From the IMG/VR virus record IMGVR_UViG_3300037258_001185, positions 1 to 64,000 of that record: a stretch of 64,000 bases of DNA. The stretch is one strand, 5' to 3'. A program made the translations under genes and the position numbers. Shown piece after piece: positions 37,825-46,943 of this stretch. The notes under the pieces are model-generated. The model was not told the DNA's origin, searched no databases, and saw nothing but the letters and a program-made list of their open reading frames with translations. Every line of letters starts with the position of its first letter. Position 1 is the first letter of the stretch. This stretch comes from a virus.

Positions 37825-38404
37825 GATCGGCTCCCGTCTCCGGAGCGGCCAGCGGCCGGTTTAGCCGCTCACAGAGGGCTTCGGTCTCGCTGCTCGTCAG
37901 CGGCTCAAGCTGCTCTCCGCTTGTCGCGATGTTGCCGATATCGGCCATCGTTGGACCGGCAGGGGGAATCGTCACGACGCAGACCGGCCAGTCTACCGAG
38001 CCGCCGAAATCGCTCGCGATGGACTGAAACAGCCGCAGCCCCGCCAGGACTGCAGCCAACTCGCGATCATGCAGGACTGCAGCCCACTCGCGATCATGCA
38101 GCGCCAGCTCGTCACCGGCAAACTCGGCTGGGATTGGCAGCTTCGGCAGACCAGCGCTATAGAGCGCGTGCGCCGCCGGACTGCCGACGGCCGCAAACTT
38201 GTTATAGTCGGGCTGGTAATCTTCGGGGATCTCGACCGCCTCGGTGATCGCGGTCGCCCGGGCGTTGTCGTAATCGTTTTCGGCGAAATCCCAATTGTCG
38301 TTGTCGATCACGCCGCGGCACGCCGTCGCCAAATCCGGCGCCTCGACGACCTCGTGCTTGTAGACGGGCAGCAGGTATTGCGCCTCGATGACGAATTTGG
38401 GCAT
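37814..38404 (-). CDS. hypothetical protein
   Basis: GGAG RBS; RELAAVLAGLR..Q and IAT.G....PL...E...LCERLN. Confidence 0.65.
   Translation of the reverse strand: MPKFVIEAQYLLPVYKHEVVEAPDLATACRGVIDNDNWDFAENDYDNARATAITEAVEIPEDYQPDYNKFAAVGSPAAHALYSAGLPKLPIPAEFAGDELALHDREWAAVLHDRELAAVLAGLRLFQSIASDFGGSVDWPVCVVTIPPAGPTMADIGNIATSGEQLEPLTSSETEALCERLNRPLAAPETGADHAA
38045..38101. repeat. 27-bp tandem duplication (in frame)
   Basis: CAGGACTGCAGCCMACTCGCGATCATG twice; LHDREWAAV / LHDRELAAV. Confidence 0.85.
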
Positions 38405-38427
38405 GGCAGATTCTCCAAGGGAAAGGA

Positions 38428-38646
38428 TCAGGCGGCCGGCTTCAGCGCTCGCTCAATGATGTGCATTGCGTCGCCGTAGCGCCGCCACTCGGCGGCGGTC
38501 AGGACGACGTGATATTCGGCGGCATCGGGCACATCAAAATCGGCCTTTGCCTGCTCGGGATAGATTTGCCTATCGAGAGCGGCCTCGACATCGCCAAGCG
38601 CCTCAAAGGCCTCGGCCAGCGGGTTCGTCGGTGTAGTTTTGGGCAT
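38428..38646 (-). CDS. hypothetical protein
   Basis: GAGG RBS; first gene after promoter copy 2. Confidence 0.6.
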   Translation of the reverse strand: MPKTTPTNPLAEAFEALGDVEAALDRQIYPEQAKADFDVPDAAEYHVVLTAAEWRRYGDAMHIIERALKPAA

Positions 38647-38673
38647 CTTGGCCTCGGGAAGGGAAAAGCAAAA

Positions 38674-38739
38674 CTCAACAGCGCAACAATAACATATTGC
38701 GGGTTCCCGTCAACAAAAAGCGCACTATACGCGCTTTTT
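38674..38739 (-). promoter_or_regulatory. repeated leftward promoter/operator, copy 2
   Basis: AAAAAGCGCACTATACGCGCTTTTT, TTGACG, TGTTATTGT, GTTGAG. Confidence 0.75.
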
Positions 38740-39262
38740 GTTGCTGGCTCTGCGGCCTTGCCAGGGCGCTCGGCCCGTGGCATAAGGAGCGACTCCTTGG
38801 AAGGGAGTCGGCGCCTTAAGCAAGCGCCATCGGGCTCCCCGGCTCGGCTCAACACGGGACCGGGGCCTCGGCGGGCCGAGGATTGGCAGAGACGGGCGCG
38901 TTCGCGCGACGCCCCAAGCCTTCCTCGGCCCCGCCCGATCATCTCCGAATAAAGTTGAGGCGATTTCTCTTCGCGTTCCGGGAATCATCCCGGACACTGT
39001 GAAAATTCTCAATCGAGAACTCCGAGTGGGCAGGGGAGGACGCCATGCGCGCGATCTGATTCCTGAGCCGGCGGCAACCGATGAATCCGGGCGCTCTCTG
39101 GATCGCCAAGGTGCGGTCCAAGATGTCAGGTGGAGGGCGCCGCCGGGGCAAGCGCTTGGTGCCTAATGCCAGCGCCTCGAACGCCGGATGGATTCCAGGC
39201 GTGACGGCCGCCAGAGGCGGCGCTCCATGCTACGTCGACTTCACGCCAGCGGAGTAAACGCG

Positions 39263-39592
39263 ATGGACAACCTGTTCGAAGGTGAGCCGGACGCCCGGCA
39301 GACTGACGCGCCGGTGACGGCGCCGCAGCATTCGCTGTTCCGCAAGCGCTACCGCAAGTTGACGGAACCCGAGGTCGCGCTGCAGGACGCCATCAAGGAC
39401 AAGGCCGATGAGCTCGCGGTGCTGATCGGCCTCCTCAATCCGGCCACCGCCAATCGGCTCGGCGTCCATTCCGTGACGACCGGATGCTCGCTTGCGATTG
39501 AGCTGGGCGACCGCGATCCCGCGAACGTGACGCTGGCCATTCGCCACCTTGAGGACGCCGTCTATCGCGCCGTCAAAGCACTGACTGCATAG
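39263..39592 (+). CDS. Acb2/Tad1-like helical hairpin protein (putative immune-signal sponge)
   Basis: YRKL...E......IK....EL...I and LA...LE.AV..AVK..T; GGAG RBS. Confidence 0.6.
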   Translation: MDNLFEGEPDARQTDAPVTAPQHSLFRKRYRKLTEPEVALQDAIKDKADELAVLIGLLNPATANRLGVHSVTTGCSLAIELGDRDPANVTLAIRHLEDAVYRAVKALTA

Positions 39593-39601
39593 GCGACGCC
39601 A

Positions 39602-40081
39602 ATGTCGGGGGCGCGAGCGTTCGCAGATGCCGAGCTGATCGAGCACCTGCCGCGCTTGCGCCGCTACGCGCTGGCGCTGACGAGAGACGGCGATCGAGCC
39701 GACGACCTGGTGCAGGACACGATCATGCGCGCGCTCGACAAGCATGAGCTATGGCGGCCCGGCAGCAGCCTGCGCGCATGGCTTTTCACGCTCTTACACA
39801 ACACCTACGTCAACCAGATCAGGGCCATCAAAAGGCGCCCCGAGACGGTCGAGTTGACCGAGACGAACGGCGGTTCCCGGCCGGCGGCGGCCGAAGGGCT
39901 GCTATTCGCGAACGATCTCGCCTCGATCATTTCGGGCCTCGATATCAGCACGCGCCGGCTGCTGGCGCTGATCTCCGACGGTCACTCCTACGAGGCGGTA
40001 GCCGGCATGCTCGACGTTCCGACCGGAACTGTCCGATCGCGCCTCTCTCGCGTCCGCGCCATGCTTTCGGGGGCCGCATGA
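39602..40081 (+). CDS. ECF sigma-70 factor
   Basis: LPRLRRYA.ALT.D...ADDLVQDT..RA, AWLFT...N, SYE.VA.ML..P.GTVRSRLSR. Confidence 0.9.
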   Translation: MSGARAFADAELIEHLPRLRRYALALTRDGDRADDLVQDTIMRALDKHELWRPGSSLRAWLFTLLHNTYVNQIRAIKRRPETVELTETNGGSRPAAAEGLLFANDLASIISGLDISTRRLLALISDGHSYEAVAGMLDVPTGTVRSRLSRVRAMLSGAA

Positions 40082-40857
40082 ATCTTGGTGACAAGCCTGA
40101 GTTGCGGTGGCTCCCCGTCGACTGCCTGTCGGTCGACAACCGCTATCAGCGAACGCTCAACACCCGCGCCGGCAGGAAGCTCGTCGCCGAGATCGTCGCG
40201 AATTTCGCATGGTCCGCCTTCCAGGCGATCCTCGCGACGCCAGCCGGAGCCGGTTGGCTGATCGTTGATGGACAGCATCGCGTTGAGGCGGCTCGCCAGT
40301 TGGGTATCGCGGAGGTGCCGGCCGTTGTCGTCACCTCGGTCAGCGTCGTCGAGCAGGCCCTGGCCTTCGTGACCGCAAACAAACAGCGCGTCGCCGTCAA
40401 CAACTACGCGCTGCATCACGCGGCCGTGGTCGGCGGCGATCCGCTTGCGACCGAGGTCGACCGGGTGTGCCGCGAGGCCGGCGTCTCGGTGCCCCGCTAT
40501 CCCATACCGGAGATCAACCTTGTGCCGGGCCAGACGCTCGCGCTCAGCACAATCACCAGCCTCGTCAAAAATGACGCGGCGCTTGCGACTCTAACGCTGC
40601 GCTGTCTCGCCGAAGCCTACCGCCGCACTAAGGGAGCGCTCCGCGCGCCGACGATCGCCGCCGCGGCTCTGGTGCTGGAAAGGCGCCCAAAGCCAGACCG
40701 GCCGGCCTCGGCCGGCATCATCACCAGTTTTCTCAGCCAGCGCACCTCAGCCGATCTGGCTATCGAGGCCCTGAAGCATCGCGGTAAGTACGGGGGCACG
40801 ATGAAGGAAGCCATCGCCGGCATGCTGCGCCGCCGCGTCGAGGCGCCGCGCCGGTGA
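40078..40857 (+). CDS. ParB/Srx N-terminal domain protein (DUF6551-like)
   Basis: L.VD..YQR, F.W, IVDGQHR..AA, A.AF...N..R. Confidence 0.8.
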   Translation: MNLGDKPELRWLPVDCLSVDNRYQRTLNTRAGRKLVAEIVANFAWSAFQAILATPAGAGWLIVDGQHRVEAARQLGIAEVPAVVVTSVSVVEQALAFVTANKQRVAVNNYALHHAAVVGGDPLATEVDRVCREAGVSVPRYPIPEINLVPGQTLALSTITSLVKNDAALATLTLRCLAEAYRRTKGALRAPTIAAAALVLERRPKPDRPASAGIITSFLSQRTSADLAIEALKHRGKYGGTMKEAIAGMLRRRVEAPRR

Positions 40858-41138
40858 GCGCCTTCATCGTCGCCACCGCGGCCGACAAGCTGCGCGCCTT
40901 CGACGACCTCGATCCCGCACTGCGCGAACTGATCGATTACGGACCCTTCAATCCGGACAGCGTCTTCATCATGCGCCAGATGCAGAGCGACCTTGGCGTG
41001 GCCGAAACGGCGCGTCGGATGCGCGCGCAGATCGCCGAGACGCCGGAGACCTGGGCCGCGAACACCGCGCACGCCTGGAAACCCGAGCGAGGCAGTCCGC
41101 TCGCCGGCAGGGCGCCCAATCGGAGGAACGCCGCATGA
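40854..41138 (+). CDS. hypothetical protein
   Basis: AFD.L.P.LR; coupled. Confidence 0.5.
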   Translation: MSAFIVATAADKLRAFDDLDPALRELIDYGPFNPDSVFIMRQMQSDLGVAETARRMRAQIAETPETWAANTAHAWKPERGSPLAGRAPNRRNAA

Positions 41139-41626
41139 GCACGGGCCTTTGGGGATTCCCGGCCAGCGGTCAGAAGGGTCGCTGGACCGCTCTCGTCGAG
41201 CCGATGGTGTCGCGCGCGACACGCTTCCACACCCTGAAACGCTCCCACGCGAGCGACGGAACGGCTGTCATGCGCCGCGTCGGCGAGGGACCGACCGCGC
41301 AAAACGTCATAGAGGCGGTGCGCGAATACGAGATCCGCTTCGAGCTCGTCCAAATCGAGGAAGGGGGGCCCTTAAGCGAGCCGACGATCGTCGGGAGGTC
41401 GCACGATGGCCTCAGCCTCAACGGCACCGACGACGTACGCGATTTCCTCCAGGCGATCGTCGACTGCGCCGCTCAGATGGGGATCGAGGCAACCGAGGCG
41501 GCCAAGCTCGACCTGACCGGCGAACTCGACGCCACCCTCAACCACCTCGACGACATGCGCCGCCTCGCCATGGGCGATAAATACGCCGGCCAGGTGCGGA
41601 AAACGCCTAAGGAACGCCGAGGATGA
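41135..41626 (+). CDS. hypothetical protein
   Basis: FLQAIVD.A..MG, EL.A...HL.DMRRLA. Confidence 0.55.
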   Translation: MSTGLWGFPASGQKGRWTALVEPMVSRATRFHTLKRSHASDGTAVMRRVGEGPTAQNVIEAVREYEIRFELVQIEEGGPLSEPTIVGRSHDGLSLNGTDDVRDFLQAIVDCAAQMGIEATEAAKLDLTGELDATLNHLDDMRRLAMGDKYAGQVRKTPKERRG

Positions 41627-42123
41627 CGGCAAAAGGTCTCCCTGCGCAGCTCGCCGACATCGACGGCGAGGCGGAACCCGATCCTGACATCGGGGGCGCG
41701 ACGGTGACCCACGACCCCATGCAGAGCCGCCAGACCGGAATGAGCGACCTGCTCGACGCCACCCTCAACTGCTCTCAGATCGTCATACTCGACGGCGAGA
41801 CCGACAGGGGGGCGCACAAGGAATGATCGCGGAATTGCTGCACTACGCCGTCGGCTTTGTCCTGATGATGGCAGCCGCAAAGTGCACCGCGATCGCCTGG
41901 TGGCTGACGACACCAATCGGCCGCGCTCGCTGGGACAAGGTGTATCAGGCCGAAGTGGAGAGACGGCGCGTCAACAAGCTGATCCGCGAAAGCCTCAGGC
42001 GATGACGGCCGCGCGGCGGCGACGTTGCGTCCATAAAACACGCGCGTGAGTTTGGTTCAGGAGTTGGCGCGGGCTGGCCGCGTCTTGATGCCGATCGGGG
42101 GATTGGCGAAGGGGAGAGGCGTT

Positions 42124-42396
42124 ATGGGATTGCGTGACATGGTGGCGGCGGCGTCGGGCTGGCTGCATGCGCGGCGCGACACGGCCGTCCACAACAAGCT
42201 CGGCTTCATGGCGAGTTTGTTCGACCCGATGAAGGAAATGCTGGCCGAGCACATGGCGGCGGCCGAGGCTCGGAAGCGCGAACACGAGGCGGCGGCGGCG
42301 GTGCACACGGCGCAGGCGCAGGCGCACCAGACGGCGATCGACCAGTCGGCGATGCTGGCCGCGAACGTCGAGAAGCTGTTCACCCAGCCGCTCTGA
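42124..42396 (+). CDS. hypothetical coiled-coil protein
   Basis: GAGG RBS. Confidence 0.5.
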   Translation: MGLRDMVAAASGWLHARRDTAVHNKLGFMASLFDPMKEMLAEHMAAAEARKREHEAAAAVHTAQAQAHQTAIDQSAMLAANVEKLFTQPL

Positions 42397-42570
42397 GAGG
42401 GCAACGCCGATGGCCTGGTTTCTCCTGGCGATTTTGGTCCTCCGTGGCTTCGGGCTGCTGGTCGAAGGCGTCGGGAAAAACCTGGTCGCCGAGCGCGCCG
42501 CGGCTTTGATTGGCGCGGCATGCTTCGGCGCCTGCGCCGGATGGCTCTACTTCGCAAGCGGGCTGTTCGC

Positions 42571-43176
42571 ATGAGGGGCGCCGACCTGATCGTGCCGCGC
42601 TCAACCACCGCGCTGATCCCCTACGTCGGGAACAGCCGGACGCACAGCCCGGAGCAGGTGCAGCAGATCGCGGGCTCGATCCGCGAATTCGGCTTCACCA
42701 ATCCGGTGCTGATCGACCAGGACAACGGCATCATCGCCGGGCACGGCCGCGTCCTGGCCGCTCAGTTGCTTGGCCTGTCTGAAGTGCCCTGCATCGTGCT
42801 CAGCCACCTCTCGCCGGCGCAGCGGCGCGCCTACGTCATCGCCGACAACAAGCTGGCGCTCAACGCCGGCTGGGACGAGAAAATGCTCGCCCTCGAGCTC
42901 GACGAGCTGAAGGCGGGCGGCTTCGACCTCGACCTCACCGGGTTCGGCGAGGTCGAGCGCGCCGATCTGGAGTTGCGGCTGAATGATCCTGCGCCGTCGG
43001 GCGGCAATGACGCGCCGCCCGACGCGGAGCCGATGGAGTTGCGCTGGGGCAATACCCGGCTGCCGATCACGGCGACCGAGAAACTGGCGCTGACCGGCCG
43101 GCTCGATCAGCACTTGAAGGATTTCGGCGCGCCCTACGGCTTCGTTCGGGAAGGGCTGGGGCTCGGCGCCGAATAG
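42571..43176 (+). CDS. ParB N-terminal (ParBc) domain protein, copy A
   Basis: LIPY..NSRTHS, SIREFGFTNPVLID, IIAGHGR, AYVIADN.L. Confidence 0.9.
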   Translation: MRGADLIVPRSTTALIPYVGNSRTHSPEQVQQIAGSIREFGFTNPVLIDQDNGIIAGHGRVLAAQLLGLSEVPCIVLSHLSPAQRRAYVIADNKLALNAGWDEKMLALELDELKAGGFDLDLTGFGEVERADLELRLNDPAPSGGNDAPPDAEPMELRWGNTRLPITATEKLALTGRLDQHLKDFGAPYGFVREGLGLGAE

Positions 43177-43179
43177 CGA

Positions 43180-43464
43180 TCAGGCCGGGCGCGGCCGGTG
43201 AGCCGCACGAACACGCTGCGCCATGGCGGCGGCGGCGTGGCACATCGGAGCGAACGCCGGCTCGCTGGCACGGGAGGCGGCCCAGCGTGCCATATCGGCG
43301 GCCAACGCGACTTCCCTGGCCGGCGTCATGTTGTCGTTCATCTGCTCCACGTCACGCCGCTGGCTCCAAACGCCAGACGCCTCAGTGCCCCTACCGAAGA
43401 ACACTTGGGGCCAAGCCTGCCTAAAACCTTGGCGACGCGGACGGTCGAACACGGCCTTTGCCAT
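43180..43464 (-). CDS. hypothetical protein
   Basis: GGAG RBS; first gene after promoter copy 3. Confidence 0.5.
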   Translation of the reverse strand: MAKAVFDRPRRQGFRQAWPQVFFGRGTEASGVWSQRRDVEQMNDNMTPAREVALAADMARWAASRASEPAFAPMCHAAAAMAQRVRAAHRPRPA

Positions 43465-43493
43465 CACCAATCTCCCCTCGAACCGCAAGCAAT

Positions 43494-43560
43494 CTCAACG
43501 CTGTGGATAATAACACAACCCGCTAATCGATCAACATAAAAGCGCGTTATACGCGCTTTT
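43494..43560 (-). promoter_or_regulatory. repeated leftward promoter/operator, copy 3
   Basis: AAAAGCGCGTTATACGCGCTTTT, TTGATC, TGTTATTAT, GTTGAG. Confidence 0.75.
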
Positions 43561-43735
43561 ATGTTGGCAGCTCCTTCAATCGACGGACGATCGCTTGCGC
43601 TGCGTAAAGGCCGCAGCCATAGGCTTCGAGGTAGGAGATGATCGGGCCGGCTGCATAGCCGGCGGCGAACATGCGCGCGGCCGTGGCGCGGCACCAATCG
43701 TCGGCCGGCGCGGTCCAGGGGATTGTTCGGCTCAT
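43559..43735 (-). CDS. hypothetical protein
   Basis: ATGA overlap, in cassette. Confidence 0.45.
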   Translation of the reverse strand: MSRTIPWTAPADDWCRATAARMFAAGYAAGPIISYLEAYGCGLYAAQAIVRRLKELPT

Positions 43736-43959
43736 CGATCCGCCCTCATCGCTACGCGGGTGACGTCGCCGCGGACACCGTCGTCGCGGCCATTGAGATA
43801 GGCATCGAGCCAATCTGCGCTGGCCGCCGGGTAGAGATCGCAAGCTTCGCGAGGGCTGACGAATTGCCGCGAAACATGACCGTCGAGCCAACCGCGCAGG
43901 CCAGGTTCGTCGCGGTGCGCGCGGCAGAACTTGGCCGCCGCCGAGATGGCGCCCTTCAT
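43732..43959 (-). CDS. hypothetical protein
   Basis: ATGA overlap, in cassette. Confidence 0.5.
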   Translation of the reverse strand: MKGAISAAAKFCRAHRDEPGLRGWLDGHVSRQFVSPREACDLYPAASADWLDAYLNGRDDGVRGDVTRVAMRADR

Positions 43960-44207
43960 TGCTCGCTGTCCTCGATCAGCGTGAGCAGGTCGGCGATCGC
44001 CTCCTCCTCGGTCGCACCGTAGCCGACCTGGCCGCGATTGCAGGAGTCCGGCGCGCCGTCATATCGGTCGTCATCGATCGCGGCATAGTCGAACGCGCGG
44101 GTCGGCAGGCAGCCGGCCTCGGTGGCCGAGACGCGGACATTGACGATCCTGGTTGATGCGTCGGGAAGTGCGCCGGTCGGGCCGGCCTGGACAGCGTAGA
44201 TGGTCAT
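43956..44207 (-). CDS. conserved phage hypothetical protein
   Basis: PTR.FDY.A.DDD.YDGA.D......G.GATE.EAIADL. Confidence 0.6.
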   Translation of the reverse strand: MTIYAVQAGPTGALPDASTRIVNVRVSATEAGCLPTRAFDYAAIDDDRYDGAPDSCNRGQVGYGATEEEAIADLLTLIEDSEQ

Positions 44208-44380
44208 TTCGGACTCCAATCAGACGGGAAGACCTCGGCGGCTGCAGCCCACGGGCTGACGCCCTCTAGCCGCAGCGCCTCGGCTGTCTTGCGGGTATTT
44301 GCGGTCATCCGCGCCGCCAGGGCCGCGCGGCAACGGTCGAGCGCCGCCCACCATTCATCGTGTGCCATCGCCGTTGCTCC

Positions 44381-44803
44381 TCAGACCGCCATGAAGCGGA
44401 TCTTGCGGCCCTGTGCGTCTTTCGCCGGCAGGTCGAGGTGCTTGGCGGCGATTACCGTGATCCAGTAGAAGCCGCCGCGATCGGCGCGGACGATCCACTT
44501 CTGCTGCTCGGCGTAGCGGATGACGCCAGGGCTGACGAACTGCAGCAGGTCTTCGCGCTCGACGACGTGGGTGCGCAGCAGCGCGGTCCGCAGGTCGTCA
44601 TTGGTCAACCGCTCGTGCGGCAGCGACCAGTCGCGGATCAGGTGGCCGTCGGCATCCTCGCTGTAGACCGGCTTGTCGGCGACGGCCCGCGCCATGGTCT
44701 TGGCGGCGCGGCTGGCCATCCCGCAGCGATCTTCGTAGGCGCGGCGCTTGTTCGCGACGGTCGGGAGCGACAGGGTCGAGCGAGTAGCGATTTTGCGGGG
44801 CAT
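44381..44803 (-). CDS. hypothetical protein
   Basis: GGAG RBS; first gene after promoter copy 4. Confidence 0.65.
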   Translation of the reverse strand: MPRKIATRSTLSLPTVANKRRAYEDRCGMASRAAKTMARAVADKPVYSEDADGHLIRDWSLPHERLTNDDLRTALLRTHVVEREDLLQFVSPGVIRYAEQQKWIVRADRGGFYWITVIAAKHLDLPAKDAQGRKIRFMAV

Positions 44804-44830
44804 CGTCGTCTCCGTGGAAAAGCAAACAAT

Positions 44831-44898
44831 CTCAACGCCGTGGATAATAACATATCCGGCAAACTCGTCAACAAAAAGCGCGCTATGCGCGCCTTTTT
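44831..44898 (-). promoter_or_regulatory. repeated leftward promoter/operator, copy 4
   Basis: AAAAAGCGCGCTATGCGCGCCTTTTT, TTGACG, TGTTATTAT, GTTGAG. Confidence 0.75.
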
Positions 44899-45591
44899 AT
44901 TAGGAAAAATGCGATGAATACGATGTCGCGGGCCGGTGACGGCCGCCTGAAATCCGGGGAGAGACGCTGATGGCCGCTAAGGGCACCTGCCCGGATTGCC
45001 GGGGCAGCGGGAGCCGCCCGCGGCCGCCTGGGCACGACGGCCGGTCGAATCCATTCCGGCAGCTATGCCAGCGCTGCCAGGGCGTTGGTATCGCGACCCT
45101 GACGGCGGATGAGCACGCTACCGATTTTCGCATGCGACAGACCGCCGGGACGACGATGGCCTCGCGTCGCGCGACATCTTCCACCAGCAGCGGCGATCGC
45201 AGCTTCCGGTCCGGTATCGAGGTCGCGGGCGACATTCGTCGGCGGCGCGATCAGATCAGAAATGAGGAAGGGCGCGGCGCTCCGTCTTGTGAACCAACGC
45301 CAGACCCGCCGGCGACAGGTTCTGTCACAGAGTCTGTCACAGCCCCAGCGACAAGCCGCGGTGACCTCGGTTGTCCCTATGGCTGTGTCGACGACTGCGC
45401 CGGCCTGTGCATGTGAGGAGAATGCCAATGGCCATGACAAAGCGCCGGTGGCATCCCCGGCGCCCGACGGAGTTGCTCGAGATCGAGGACGCCGACGAGC
45501 TGCCGGACGGCTCTGGCGTCGACGATCGCTCGACCTTCAACCTTGGCGACGGCACCCGCTGGATCGAGCCGCATTACGAGGAGGACGTCCA

Positions 45592-45792
45592 ATGAAGGCG
45601 GCTCGAATTCGGGCGATCATCACGGTGAATGATCAGTGGGGGCGGCCGCACACCGCAGGCGGCGAGGTCGTCATCGAGCAGGACAAGTCGCCGACGTTCA
45701 TCGGGCTGCTCGACGCCAGCGGCCAGCCGCTCTACCGCTTCCCCCAACAGAACCGGATCGGCTTCGATCTGGGATGGGACGACGACGGATGA
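45592..45792 (+). CDS. small hypothetical protein
   Basis: GGAGG RBS; GLLDASG.PLYR....IGF. Confidence 0.55.
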   Translation: MKAARIRAIITVNDQWGRPHTAGGEVVIEQDKSPTFIGLLDASGQPLYRFPQQNRIGFDLGWDDDG

Positions 45793-46136
45793 CGCGCGCC
45801 GCCGCTCATCGCAGCTTTGCGACCGAAAACTTCCATCCAAGCATCCGCAGCTCGTGCCTTTTCTGTACGGCTTTGCGGCACCAATGGTCGTCTGGAATGA
45901 CACAATGTTCCATCGCAAGATGGTAGATCAGAATCAGTCTTTCGACGTGCGTCGGGCGCACTGGATGCGCCACAACGGCCGCGATCACCAGCGCCAAAGC
46001 CAGGGTCGGTAGGATCATGCTGCGCCAGACGCCCGCCATCCCTTGCCGCCTTCGATCGTAAACGTCGCGCCATCATGCCTCCAGGCACAAGGCGCTGCAA
46101 GGTCGGGCGAGCAAACCCAGAAGTGGAAAGGGTAGA

Positions 46137-46736
46137 ATGAACATCCCAGACAGGATCGTTCAGCGGCCGACGGCGGCGCTGATTCCCTACGCCCGCAACA
46201 GCCGGACCCACAGCGAGCGCCAGGTCGCGCAGATCGCCGCCAGCATCCGGGAGTTCGGCTTTACCAACCCCGTGCTGATCGACGCCGAGGACGGCATCAT
46301 CGCCGGGCACGGCCGCGTCCTGGCGGCGCACACGCTCGGCGTGATCGAGGTGCCGTGCATCGTGCTGGCGCACCTGACTGAGCTGCAAAAGCGCGCCTAT
46401 GTGATCGCCGACAACCGCCTCGCCGAGAGCGCCGGCTGGGATGACGCGGCGCTGTCGGCGGAACTGGCGCGACTTGAGGAAGACGGCTTCAACCTCGGCC
46501 TGACCGGCTTCGATCCGATCGAGCTACGCGGCCTGATGGGCAGCAAGGATCTGCTCGACCCAACCGACGGCCGGGCCGAACACGGCGCCACCTTGCCGCG
46601 GCTGTTCATCGACGACCGCGCCGTCCTGATAACCTCGGAGGAACGCGACATGCTGCAGGATGCCTACGACCGGCACATGGAGACCTACGGCGTCACCGAC
46701 GGCTTTGTCGCGACGCTGCTGAGCAGCGGCCGATGA
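46137..46736 (+). CDS. ParB N-terminal (ParBc) domain protein, copy B
   Basis: near-identical core to 42571-43176. Confidence 0.9.
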   Translation: MNIPDRIVQRPTAALIPYARNSRTHSERQVAQIAASIREFGFTNPVLIDAEDGIIAGHGRVLAAHTLGVIEVPCIVLAHLTELQKRAYVIADNRLAESAGWDDAALSAELARLEEDGFNLGLTGFDPIELRGLMGSKDLLDPTDGRAEHGATLPRLFIDDRAVLITSEERDMLQDAYDRHMETYGVTDGFVATLLSSGR

Positions 46737-46943
46737 CCGCCGACTATCGCGGCCTGTCATACGAGCAGGCGTCTCGCGAAGGGCTGAGGCTGGTCCGACA
46801 GGCGGCCGAGACTGGCGCTTGGCACAAGATCCTCGAACCGCTCACCGCGCTGCGCGAAATCATGGCGCTCATGGTGCGTCGGCCGCCGTCACAGGAAGAC
46901 GACGGCGCTTGATGAGTTGCCCACATACCTGGCGAGGGTCGCG

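Noticed and set aside
45750-45758. match to spacer GAACCGGAT as a self-target
   Set aside because: The partner spacer does not match next to it and a lone 9-mer is expected by chance; no full 18-bp self-target was found by eye, though the search was not exhaustive.
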